Below are positions 43,601 through 50,550 of a stretch of DNA of 64,000 nucleotides, piece after piece. The notes below the pieces were generated by a model, which searched no databases, was not told the origin of the DNA, and worked only from the letters and a program-made list of their open reading frames with translations. This DNA comes from a virus. The first letter of the stretch is position 1, and the number at the start of each line of letters is the position of its first letter. The DNA lies in the IMG/VR virus record IMGVR_UViG_3300021400_000020, positions 1 through 64,000 of that record; one strand, 5' to 3'. Both the position numbers and the translations under genes were made by a program.

Positions 43601-44957
43601 CCGACTTCTGAACCTCGAAACTCAGACGCTCGTAGGCTTGCTCCAACTCCTTCACACTGCGCCAACTCCTTGGGTCGCCGACAATCTCACGGTAATGCTC
43701 GGCGGTCAGCGAAGCGGTCTTTTCCAGCACCGTCAGACGTTGGAACTCCTCTTCCACACGGGCAATCTCCTTCACACCATCGTCCGTGGTGGCATCGATG
43801 GTTTTGCGGTATTCGGTTAAGCCCGTCTTCAGCCGCTCAATGTCCTTCACACTGTTGGCAAAACCCGAACCACCCTCGGCAATACTGCTAATATGCCCTT
43901 TGGCTTCCAAAATGCGCTCGTTGGCTTGCTGCAAGTCGGCGGTCATCTTGCGGATGGTCTCGTCCACACGCATCAAGCTACTGGCGTCAGTCGTTGCCAG
44001 ACTCTCCCTGTACTGCTGCAAGAGTTTGATGCTCTCCTGCAACTGGGTACTGTTCAAACCTGTGGTTGGAGGAGCACCTGCGGCACTCAATGCCTGACGT
44101 GCGGCGGTAGCTTGCTCATAGCTCTGCATGATACCACCAGCCCGCTCGCTCAGCGAGGTCTGAGCACGCTGCTGAATGGTGTCGTTCACACTTTGCAAAC
44201 TGGCTTTGACCTTTTCAAGCACCTTGGCTTCCAGATTGCCTGCATCCACCATACCCTGCAAGAAACGCTGCATATCCGACAGCTGCTTGTCGGTGGCGGC
44301 ACTCAGGTCCTTCAAGAGGGTGTCACCACCTGCCTTCTTGAAATTCTCAAAGGTGATGGCGTTGATGCGTTGGGTAATCTTCGTCCACTCCTTGCTGTTC
44401 TTCGACAAGACGTCGCGCTGCTCGGTCAAGACACGCTTCAGACGCTCGTTTTCATCAAGACTACCCTTCGTATAGTTGCTGCTCTGCTTCCAAGCATCGG
44501 CAAATCCAGCCTTCAATTCCTTAATGCGCACCTCTAACTGGGAAATATGGTTGGCTAACCGACGGAAAGACTCCATGTCCTCGTCGGTCATCGTACTCTT
44601 GCCAAATTTGCGCATCTCGTTCCTCGCCTGACTTAATGCCGTGGTCAGGTCGCGCACCGACATGCCCGTCATATTCGTCAGACTCTCTTGCAGACGGTTT
44701 AGATTCTCACGGCTCTGCTTGATAAGGCGGTTCTGCGTCTTGAGTTGTTCCTCCGTTTGTTTCATCTGCACCTGTAAGTCCTTTCCCTTAGTTCCTGCCT
44801 TCTCTGCTTCGCTAAGGGACTCGTACTGCGCTTGGAGACTCTTCAGTTCTTCCTCCAACTTATGAGCGGTATCGGTCAGCAACTTAATCTGCTTGTTAGA
44901 TTCCTTCGTCGTAACATGCACCTGCACATTACTCACATAACTTGATATTCCTGGCAT
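37680..44957 (-). CDS. Tail tape measure protein
   Basis: 2425 aa, mostly coiled-coil. Central ...VTNMTTEEVRRLSKSLQDL...AGKLGI... core, hydrophobic segments, and position within a virion gene block. Confidence 0.85.
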   Translation of the reverse strand: MPGISSYVSNVQVHVTTKESNKQIKLLTDTAHKLEEELKSLQAQYESLSEAEKAGTKGKDLQVQMKQTEEQLKTQNRLIKQSRENLNRLQESLTNMTGMSVRDLTTALSQARNEMRKFGKSTMTDEDMESFRRLANHISQLEVRIKELKAGFADAWKQSSNYTKGSLDENERLKRVLTEQRDVLSKNSKEWTKITQRINAITFENFKKAGGDTLLKDLSAATDKQLSDMQRFLQGMVDAGNLEAKVLEKVKASLQSVNDTIQQRAQTSLSERAGGIMQSYEQATAARQALSAAGAPPTTGLNSTQLQESIKLLQQYRESLATTDASSLMRVDETIRKMTADLQQANERILEAKGHISSIAEGGSGFANSVKDIERLKTGLTEYRKTIDATTDDGVKEIARVEEEFQRLTVLEKTASLTAEHYREIVGDPRSWRSVKELEQAYERLSFEVQKSGVSAEEFARKSEVMQLIKNRLNELKAGFQSVWQTSENASNNSVATNLRVIEVLKQEQQTLAKTQSQWAIYEKRINSVKFSNWMKTGGGNVLADIGNATDKQLSDVQRFLQGMVDAGNMEERVLERVKNQLEAINDTIQHRAQTSLEDKAQQAMNYTSGSQSTTKIQENIKLLQQYRENLETTNEGGLSRVDETIRKMTADLQQANDRVLEAKKYLENVNSGNGFKGTLTDLDRLRNGLRAYKSTLDVTSKDGQEKIIAVERELQRLDMLQETATLTAERFDEILKNPKGVKNIDELRMAYKRLKFEINNTELTQDEYIAKAAQMKAIDKQMKELTETWTHHQSGIRGAINRLKSYIAVYLGFNAIMNEVRKQFGHIMELSDQMTNVQKVTNMTTEEVRRLSKSLQDLDTRTTTHDLMEFATQAGKLGIYTEHGLEGMKGFVEMGERINATLGEDIGGAEAIAGLAKVNDVLGETKKHGDDVGEALDAAGSSILNLGNNTAASYQGIMEYVRRLGAVGATAKMTMPQLIALGGRLDAVGISAEQGSTALIHLIRGVMNHTFEMAKAAELAPTYLQSLIDEGKSYEALVAVLEKIEDAEDRAGKVQEVMNAVGTGRMKQSAGLAMTLSSLATNTAALGDALQYASEGYESATVGMGNVSVMSREFTKVQDNAAGSLARLRNAFNELFTNSVIYDFFNGIIKGLGNFLSWMQKGSQSIVSWQSTIKALILTLISLQLNIGTKFRQALEHGSRALKQFWQRLVAAQGAAQTFKVAIEGLKSALKTFIVFAVLDGIIKLIQYIRKGVEATKEFNEAIAAAAKEEDEMIAKSRQLSDRISQLTKNNEQNVDSHRELKKTINDLNGVMQSYLGFQLSETNLLKNQTQARDLLNSKIRETIVLKKQEAAEKLLEEKYGTTRENRWTGVRDKLTEEVGDRNTSVIESALRRTMQRLVDALPKSELKNSQDNWGVQNMRQGNMMEYLITQSGLKLNKTAKDAIYDNFDDIKKLWNDLVKERGERVRLAESTGAQMDEAVTRSYQDTLKMLNSTLKEIQNLQKQFNGSTDKKERQQLAQRLVELSADYQNLAHQAGPRMSGQVLQRVENNNRYLQGQVRNQWEDIAHPNVWGKNGTTLDKMDTETLKNYADYLDSVVENGLKVGQQFSKIYADLVKKGVLDDSMSMEDAQRSVKEEYDKVKAELDRRHDTIQGNYKSDKNSDRDKDKWKREAKDERDATLAQLDAYYQEREALIKQRLAEESITEEEAERRNNENELVWLADRMKLRKQWTKQLNATESKQFVEHWNNELKLRKANWSLIQKFMYDVRSEYDGATRKMQEDATKIQEIIHKHKDAIEKILLEGDFTGKVREEFRRSMDTIGFIFGINEEAEERTKALAEKRLAQLQTWARDAYSLTIEQLKEAMRKEDNIYHVWFEGLGDNADAELTAFLQKLQQYSDDIIDAERKAAKEYTRVADKIWTGRREEGLGGRTQSELAEDRERRSQSGQTAANYASSWGFGGELVSANAEIDVIYAQMEAKKAYIALLQQETDKHIENMKAQEAETTARLAAKELDYARRSSSMSDEERKAAENEIQSLEARRASLQMSVRELQEEQNIALSDSYTAMTDLQEKYMQKMVERAARDFDTLQEYSNEMSSFAQSFGEGVFGSKEDRQNAAKQLLTDVLTTTKNLVQQYLIQVSTKRTVDQMEVQLEAQKQTQIQALRQKSLADYGAKKIAELEVEGSTSTAEAAVGGIKGTSQEVAKKGWLGLAIGAAISLALSSLLGLALGAINKSKSEVAAATGASSGQLKAGFLTYAEGRYPVLGADGETYMAKREDKLQTKIYRGGAHYGIFSEKMPEAVIDGPTTQKLVLNYPEIWDNIQVLSKTGVIPNYPKRRKQRGVATYADGNLDEIGTTTDAGAAVDDGGDSMEGMQSLIAANTAMLKALHAQLEAGIDAHVDMYGDNGVRQRMKKAERFMQRRGRG
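42530..44520 (-). repeat. About 1-kb in-frame tandem duplication inside the tape measure gene
   Basis: ELKAGF...LSDMQRFLQGMVDAGNLE...IKLLQQYRESL...ETIRKMTADLQQANERILEAK is repeated about 335 aa later as ELKAGF...LSDVQRFLQGMVDAGNME...IKLLQQYRENL...ETIRKMTADLQQANDRVLEAK. Boundaries are approximate. Confidence 0.8.
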
Positions 44958-44972
44958 GGCTATATATTGTTA

Positions 44973-45021
44973 TTTTCACTTTGCACTCTTCACTTTTCAC
45001 TTCTCACTTTTCCCTTCTCAC
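44973..45021 (-). repeat. Heptad leader repeat (GTGARAA)x7 upstream of the tape measure start
   Basis: Minus strand reads gtgagaa gggaaaa gtgagaa gtgaaaa gtgaaga gtgcaaa gtgaaaa. It ends 15 nt before the ATG. Confidence 0.85.
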
Positions 45022-45545
45022 GTCCAGTTCCTCGTCGTCTGACGCTTGTAGCCATTGCTACGGAGGAACTGTCCTTGTGTGGTGGCATTCGCCACACTCT
45101 GCATGATGACAACACTGCCCGTATAAGCATACTGCCGAGCAAGCCTATCCATCAGCATCCTGGCGTGAAGACGAATTTCACTCATCATAAACGGCTTCGC
45201 CATACGAGGCTTGCCGTCAGGACGAGGGATAGGTCTGAGCGGCTTACCCGTCGTCAGCTGGGGAATAGTCATGTATTTCATGCCCTTGCCAACCGCCATC
45301 TCCACATACTGAGCATAGTTCATGTAATAAAACTGAATCAGGGCTTCGTCACCATTCGCATTGTTGTGGATGTCGGCATGGATGCTGCGCTCCAAGTCAC
45401 CCGAAAACTTTTTGCCGTAGGGACTAATCTCTAAGTCCTGCATGTTCTGAAGAATCTGCTCCGTCGTTTCAAGGGCGAAATAATGAATGCGTTGCTGAAC
45501 CTTTTTGTTCATCAACGCAAATTCATCTATCACTTGCTTTGCCAT
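45018..45545 (-). CDS. Hypothetical virion protein, possibly HK97 gp10-like (start moved to ATG 45545)
   Basis: 175 aa. ...GDLERSIHADI...YYMNYAQYVEMAVGKG pattern. A -7 box lies 18 nt upstream. Confidence 0.5.
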   Translation of the reverse strand: MAKQVIDEFALMNKKVQQRIHYFALETTEQILQNMQDLEISPYGKKFSGDLERSIHADIHNNANGDEALIQFYYMNYAQYVEMAVGKGMKYMTIPQLTTGKPLRPIPRPDGKPRMAKPFMMSEIRLHARMLMDRLARQYAYTGSVVIMQSVANATTQGQFLRSNGYKRQTTRNWT

Positions 45546-45562
45546 CGTAATTCCTTTTCTCG

Positions 45563-45570
45563 CAAAGTTA
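45563..45570 (-). promoter_or_regulatory. -7 box TAACTTTG (minus strand)
   Basis: caaagtta on the + strand, 18 nt upstream of ATG 45545. Confidence 0.55.
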
Positions 45571-45630
45571 GTGATAGACAACCAAAATCATAAGGACAAA
45601 TTTCTTAGTCATCCCTGTCTTTCTCCGTAT

Positions 45631-46012
45631 GCGAAAGTTCCGCTTTCGCCTTTCATCCTCCCCCGAAAGTTCTGCTTTCGGTCCTTAGTTTCTCCGTATC
45701 TGAAAGCTCTGCTTTCAGCCATCAAAGAAACAAGGTTTCCACGCTCTCGTGAAAACCTTGAACTTTTGAGTCTCAATTCACGCAAAAAAATTGAAACTCC
45801 ATCTTTAAATCATGGCAAAGATACGACTTTCATCGTTCCCCTCAAAATCTTTCCGTCAATTTCTGCACCACCGTCCACGAAAGTTCCTGCCACCGTTCCC
45901 GAAAGTTCCTGCCACCGTTCCCGAAAGTTCCGCTTTCGGGTAAAAAGAAAGTTCCGCTTTCGGTTTAGCTTTCAGCCCTTGCTTTCTCCGTACCCGAAAG
46001 TTCCGCTTTCGG
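45631..46012 (+). repeat. Dense pile-up of hairpin-A elements and fragments
   Basis: Copies at 45631-45649 (GCGAAAG variant), 45660-45681, 45700-45718 (CTGAAAG variant), 45912-45940, 45946-45963 (degenerate) and 45993-46012. Half-units of 22 bp at 45868-45889 and 45890-45911. Confidence 0.9.
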
Positions 46013-46014
46013 CT

Positions 46015-46560
46015 TCAGTCCTCCTCTCCGAACAGCATCCCGTTCACATACTCATCCTCCACCACGCAGATATTGTACTGTTCCGGCAGATGAATCGTCA
46101 GATACACTGCCACCCATCCGTCATAAAACGGAGCTTGCGTCTTGTACTCTATATCACTAAAGTCCATCCTGCGAAGGAACTTCGGACAGCGTTGCTTATC
46201 ATGCTGCAACTTGTTCAGCCAGTTCAGGAAATTGCGCATGTGTTCCTTGGCTTCTTTCTTCGCATCCCTATTCGCGTGACCGTCACCTGCGTCCGTACTT
46301 CGCACACAGAAGTGGATGGTAAAACTCTGCTTGTCGTAGGCAAACTGCTCTATCTCGCCCTCCAGGTTACTCTCCATGATGACACACGGACTCATCCGCA
46401 CGTTCATTCCCTGCATAAAGTTCTGCAGGTCCCAGTAACTGTTGCAGAAATAAAACCTACGACGTTCGGAATTCTTGGCGAAGTTATGTTGCATCTTCTT
46501 ATAGATGCTACACCAGAACTCTACTAACTGAGGATAGTCACTGACTTCACTTAATTTCAT
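46015..46560 (-). CDS. Hypothetical virion-block protein (start moved to ATG 46560)
   Basis: 181 aa. Confidence 0.65.
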   Translation of the reverse strand: MKLSEVSDYPQLVEFWCSIYKKMQHNFAKNSERRRFYFCNSYWDLQNFMQGMNVRMSPCVIMESNLEGEIEQFAYDKQSFTIHFCVRSTDAGDGHANRDAKKEAKEHMRNFLNWLNKLQHDKQRCPKFLRRMDFSDIEYKTQAPFYDGWVAVYLTIHLPEQYNICVVEDEYVNGMLFGEED

Positions 46561-46734
46561 GTTTTCGTTATTGTTTTCGTTATCGTTCAAGAAATCCCTT
46601 CAAATCCTTTAAATCCTTGATTTTTATCTACGGAGTCTCGGAGTAAAGGAATTTCCTGTTTCCGTTTTCGTTATCGTTATCGTCCAAGAAATCCTTTCAA
46701 ATCCTTAAAATCCCTGACCTCTTTAAATCCCTGA
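46561..46734 (+). repeat. Dispersed repeat, copy 2 (see 1-125)
   Basis: Two AAATCCTT-rich blocks (46588-46626 and 46685-46734), each preceded by (CGTTWTC)-type short repeats. Confidence 0.7.
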
Positions 46735-47280
46735 TGGGGCTTTCACATGACAAAAAGCATGTAGCTTCCTCATGCTGCGCTCATACAAGTTCGTGTCACG
46801 CGAAAGCAAAAGCATCTCGCTACTCCTGCTTCGACTTTGATTAAGAGAACCAGTCAACAAGAGGTTCCCTTTTTCGTTTCCGATACACAGACAACGGAAA
46901 GCAATGTCCCTTTCGGCTATCGTGACAACGGAATAGCGGGCATGATGAGCGAGGTACTTCTCGATACGCTCACGGCTCTTGCGAGGCTGGACAATGATAT
47001 TCAGTTTCCGAATCAGCCAGTCACTCTTGCCATCATCCATGACAGCCATCCTACCGAGCAAGCTATGAAGCATGTCTAACGTACTGTCTTCTATGTGGAC
47101 CAAGGCAACGGTGACTTCCGAACCAGGCAACCACCACACCATCTGACCGAGGAATTCGGACAACTGGGTTTCACTGTTTGTAAAGAATACCTCGGTACCA
47201 CTCTTAGGCATATTGCCCCAAATCGCACTAATCTCGGTCTTGTAACAGCATGGCTCCACCTGCATCACATTCTCTGACAT
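46723..47280 (-). CDS. Hypothetical protein
   Basis: 185 aa. Confidence 0.65.
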   Translation of the reverse strand: MSENVMQVEPCCYKTEISAIWGNMPKSGTEVFFTNSETQLSEFLGQMVWWLPGSEVTVALVHIEDSTLDMLHSLLGRMAVMDDGKSDWLIRKLNIIVQPRKSRERIEKYLAHHARYSVVTIAERDIAFRCLCIGNEKGNLLLTGSLNQSRSRSSEMLLLSRDTNLYERSMRKLHAFCHVKAPSGI

Positions 47281-47295
47281 CGGCTCCCTCCTTTC

Positions 47296-48417
47296 TTAAA
47301 ATCGTCTAACACCCTTCACGAAAGGAGCAAAGACACTGTTGCATGGGTTCTTAGGGTCGTAGTCATTGGAAGGAGGACAGTGCTTAGGGCATTGCTGCTG
47401 TCTGTTCAGACGCTTCTGCTCTTCTTCTGGCAACGCATTCCCGTCCTCGTCATACCACAAGCCGTCATCACCGAGGGTGGGAGGTGCTGGCACATAGAGA
47501 GGAGAGGTTTTCACGTAAGGGCGGAAAGAATCCTGATGTGCGACGATACACCTCTTGGCTAAGGCAAGCTGCATGTCTCCACGCTCCACACTGTCCTTGC
47601 GACCCTCGCCCGAAAGGGATTCAGCATAGCGCACCAACGCACGACGTAGGTAATTCTTTGCTTTCTTGCGCCAGATATAATGTTCCACCTGACTTGCTGC
47701 ATCCTCACCATCATTCCCATCCGACCCATTATCCCCATCATGCCACTCATGAACAAAAGCAGAAAACAACTCCTCACCGATGGCTGGTTCCAGATATACG
47801 CTCTGAGCCTCCTGAAGATTCGGGAACATCTCAATGAACTGCTTCCTGCCATCCTTCAGAGTCGTGTAGTTTCTGAGTTCATGGGCTGTCGTAAATAGCA
47901 AGTCAGCCTTATAGTAGAAGAACTCGCTTTCCTTCCATTCTGTCTGATACAACGGTTCTTTAGACTCCGCATCCAACTCTAAAAGGGTCAGCAAATTGTC
48001 CTCGCTTTGCCGCGCTTTACGCCAAGCATCACGCTCGAAGCGGTCCAAGGCTTTCTGCTCTGCCGATTCGTAGTAGTCTGCAGACATCTGATTAAAACCA
48101 CCTCCCTCATTGAAACTCAACGCATACACACCTGCATTGTCTGCCAACGTGTAGTAGAGGGCGATGCGCTGACACTGGCGGAGAATCCTGATATTCAAGT
48201 CTCTGTTATTGAATGTGGCGTTTGTCAAGCCTGTGTCCTGCAAGTTCTCCACAAGACTGTCATACTCGGTGGCGAGCTTATCCAACAAGGCATCACCCAA
48301 GAGGGGCGTGAGGCGGACATTCACTTCATTGTCGATGTCACTAATCAAGCGGTCGAGGTTCGTCCACTTACTCTGAGGATAGATAGCTTCTATCTCTTTG
48401 ATATTACAGAAAAACAT
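47296..48417 (-). CDS. Hypothetical virion-block protein
   Basis: 373 aa, preceded by the heptad leader repeat. Confidence 0.7.
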   Translation of the reverse strand: MFFCNIKEIEAIYPQSKWTNLDRLISDIDNEVNVRLTPLLGDALLDKLATEYDSLVENLQDTGLTNATFNNRDLNIRILRQCQRIALYYTLADNAGVYALSFNEGGGFNQMSADYYESAEQKALDRFERDAWRKARQSEDNLLTLLELDAESKEPLYQTEWKESEFFYYKADLLFTTAHELRNYTTLKDGRKQFIEMFPNLQEAQSVYLEPAIGEELFSAFVHEWHDGDNGSDGNDGEDAASQVEHYIWRKKAKNYLRRALVRYAESLSGEGRKDSVERGDMQLALAKRCIVAHQDSFRPYVKTSPLYVPAPPTLGDDGLWYDEDGNALPEEEQKRLNRQQQCPKHCPPSNDYDPKNPCNSVFAPFVKGVRRF

Positions 48418-48428
48418 ATTTCATTCTA

Positions 48429-48463
48429 TTTTTCACTTTTCACTCTTCACTTTTCACTTTTTA
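48429..48463 (-). repeat. Heptad leader repeat (GTGARAA)x4
   Basis: Minus strand reads gtgaaaa gtgaaga gtgaaaa gtgaaaa, about 12 nt upstream of ATG 48417. Confidence 0.85.
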
Positions 48464-50227
48464 TTTGCTCTCCGTTGATACAACCCCCGTCTTGCTGTTG
48501 TCCAGCGTCGTGAGGTTCTGCTGTTCTATCACCCATTTCAAGTGCTTGTCACAGTCATTGAAGGTGGAAATCATGTCCAAGAGCCATAGGTAACGACGCT
48601 GACTTGGACTCACCTGCTGCTCCTTCAGCAAATGCAACTCACGCTGGAACGTGCCTCCCTTACCAGAACTACCAGGACGTGAGCCGATCAGTTCGGGATG
48701 AACACCCATTGCAAAGAAGATGATACTGCTCACTTCCTCCAACTCGGCTTTTAAGTCCTTGGCGTTCTGAGGTTGTGGCACATCTACAATCTCAATCGAC
48801 TTCACGAGCGTCTTCTCATCTTGGCTCAGATAGGCATCCAATGCAACGGTCTTACCGTTATTGTCGCGCTTCTTCAGGAATTGGTTGATGTCGTTAATCA
48901 GACCCGTCTTGATAGCATCCTGCTCGTCCTCGTTCGTCGCTCCCATCTGGTCGTAGAGTTTCTGAAGGTAGTTGAGATTGATGTAGATGATTTTTCCCCA
49001 CATCGTAGAGTTGTTCCTCGCCGCTGCCTTGTCGAACATCATTGTATAGGCATAGTTATACACATAGCTCAGGAAGATACTCCACCACATAGGCTGTGGA
49101 TAGTAAGGGCGGAGTATGTTCGCACGTTTCAGAGGGATGCAGAACCATGCCGTGCGCTCATTCACCTTCTGACGTTGTTGACGCGATACCCACGAATTCA
49201 ATTCTTCAATGGCACTGTCGGAATTGATGACAGGGTAGGCGATGACCTCGCCAAATTGCAAGTCGGGAGTGCATTCCTTGCGCCAACGCTCGGCATAGAA
49301 GACATTCTCAATCTTCAAGTCCTTGCTCATCTCCTCGTAACGGGTGCAGACACAAGGCAGAAAACCGAGTTTCACAATCTTAGGATTCCACTTGCCGCTC
49401 TTACCTCGCGACAAGCCAATCGTAGGAAAGGCGATGTTCATGTGGGCATCGTCAGTACAATACTTCTCATAATGCTCACAGAGATTGTTGTTCTCAAGGA
49501 ACTCACGAAGCCATTGACTTGTGCTTTCCCATTTTTCATAGTCTTTGACAAGCTGATCGATTTCCTTGTCAAGGTACTCTTTGAGACGAGTATGCTTGCC
49601 ACCCTTACGCGGACCTTCCTCGCCACCGTTCCCGAAAATTTGGTTTTCGGGTAAAAGGTTACCGTTCCCGAAGGTTCTGCCTTCGGATTCCCCGTTCACC
49701 CCATCATCCTGCGACTCATCATCATCCAAGGCATCTCGTCGTGAAGATAACTCTATAAGTCTATTCAGAATCAGCGTACCAGCAAGAGGGTAGGGGATGC
49801 TCTCTTCCTTGACCGTCCCTCCAGCGTATCGTGCCCATACGTAAGTGGGTTTGGGACCATGCCCTTGCGTGAGGTTGATGATGTATTCCATAGCAGCAGC
49901 AGTGTAGGGGAGGGCTGCCACTAACTGCGCAATCCTGTTCGGCTGGTCGTTGGCACTGCCCCAGGCGATATACTTGCCTTTGACGGTCTTGCTATCCACA
50001 CTGATTGCCTGTATTTGCTTACCGTCGGGAATGAGGTTGCTGCCCGTACCAAGCATCGACTTGTTCGCCCATTCCGCGCAGCCACTCACCACCGAAGGGT
50101 CGTTATTCTTGCTGTTGCCAAACCCTGTCACCGTGATGGGAATATAACCACGTTTCTGCAAGCTCTGAATCTTGCTGAAGGCTTTATCAACGGTTTTTTT
50201 AAACTGATTCTTCTGATTCTTTGCCAT
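48461..50227 (-). CDS. Portal-like protein (tentative) with embedded repeat module
   Basis: 588 aa, first gene of the minus-strand virion block, with a -7 box 25 nt upstream. The portal call rests on size and position only. Residues ...GRTFGNGNLLPENQIFGNGG... are encoded by two hairpin-A copies. Confidence 0.45.
   Translation of the reverse strand: MAKNQKNQFKKTVDKAFSKIQSLQKRGYIPITVTGFGNSKNNDPSVVSGCAEWANKSMLGTGSNLIPDGKQIQAISVDSKTVKGKYIAWGSANDQPNRIAQLVAALPYTAAAMEYIINLTQGHGPKPTYVWARYAGGTVKEESIPYPLAGTLILNRLIELSSRRDALDDDESQDDGVNGESEGRTFGNGNLLPENQIFGNGGEEGPRKGGKHTRLKEYLDKEIDQLVKDYEKWESTSQWLREFLENNNLCEHYEKYCTDDAHMNIAFPTIGLSRGKSGKWNPKIVKLGFLPCVCTRYEEMSKDLKIENVFYAERWRKECTPDLQFGEVIAYPVINSDSAIEELNSWVSRQQRQKVNERTAWFCIPLKRANILRPYYPQPMWWSIFLSYVYNYAYTMMFDKAAARNNSTMWGKIIYINLNYLQKLYDQMGATNEDEQDAIKTGLINDINQFLKKRDNNGKTVALDAYLSQDEKTLVKSIEIVDVPQPQNAKDLKAELEEVSSIIFFAMGVHPELIGSRPGSSGKGGTFQRELHLLKEQQVSPSQRRYLWLLDMISTFNDCDKHLKWVIEQQNLTTLDNSKTGVVSTESK
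49623..49686 (+). repeat. Two hairpin-A variants inside the portal-like CDS
   Basis: 49623-49651 (CCCGAAAA-tttgg-TTTTCGGG) and 49660-49686 (CCGAAGG-ttctg-CCTTCGG). Followed by caccccatcatcc. Confidence 0.9.
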
Positions 50228-50251
50228 GATGATTTGTTTTCGTTACTTAGG

Positions 50252-50259
50252 CAAAGTTA
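50252..50259 (-). promoter_or_regulatory. -7 box TAACTTTG (minus strand)
   Basis: caaagtta on the + strand, 25 nt upstream of ATG 50227. Confidence 0.55.
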
Positions 50260-50309
50260 ATATCTCCCCACCAAAATCAAGCGGACATTTTTCTCCCCCG
50301 CCCCTCCTG

Positions 50310-50446
50310 CCACCGTCCCTGCCACCGTCCCCGAAAGTTCCGCTTTCGGTTTCCAGTTTCTCCGTATGCAGCGGTTTTGCCGCTGCCCCTTCCCCTGTTC
50401 CGCTTTCGGCTTTCAGTTTCTCCGTATGCAGCGGTTTTACCGCTGT
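50310..50446 (+). repeat. Hairpin A (one and a half copies) + two box/hairpin-B units
   Basis: Half-copy at 50310-50321, hairpin A at 50322-50349, hairpin B at 50368-50386, half-site at 50391-50409, and hairpin B' at 50428-50446. Confidence 0.9.
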
Positions 50447-50519
50447 CCCTTCCTCCTGTTTCTATTTCTGCTTTCCCCTCCCCATCTTTTTTGTCCTTTC
50501 CTCTGTCATAGATTCCTCC

Positions 50520-50527
50520 TATCTTTG
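50520..50527 (+). promoter_or_regulatory. -7 box TATCTTTG
   Basis: 24 nt upstream of ATG 50551. Confidence 0.55.
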
Positions 50528-50550
50528 TTCAAAGCAAAGACACTTACTCC

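Noticed and set aside
42530-44520. Diversity-generating retroelement (template/variable repeat pair)
   Set aside because: Both copies are in-frame parts of one coiled-coil protein. No reverse transcriptase ORF was recognised in the window.
38191-44865. Many + strand ORFs (for example 41061-42326, 43149-43820, 43893-44537) antisense to the tape measure gene
   Set aside because: They lie entirely inside the 2425-aa minus-strand CDS and have low-complexity L/H/Q-rich translations typical of the antisense of coiled-coil genes. They also lack promoter or start context.
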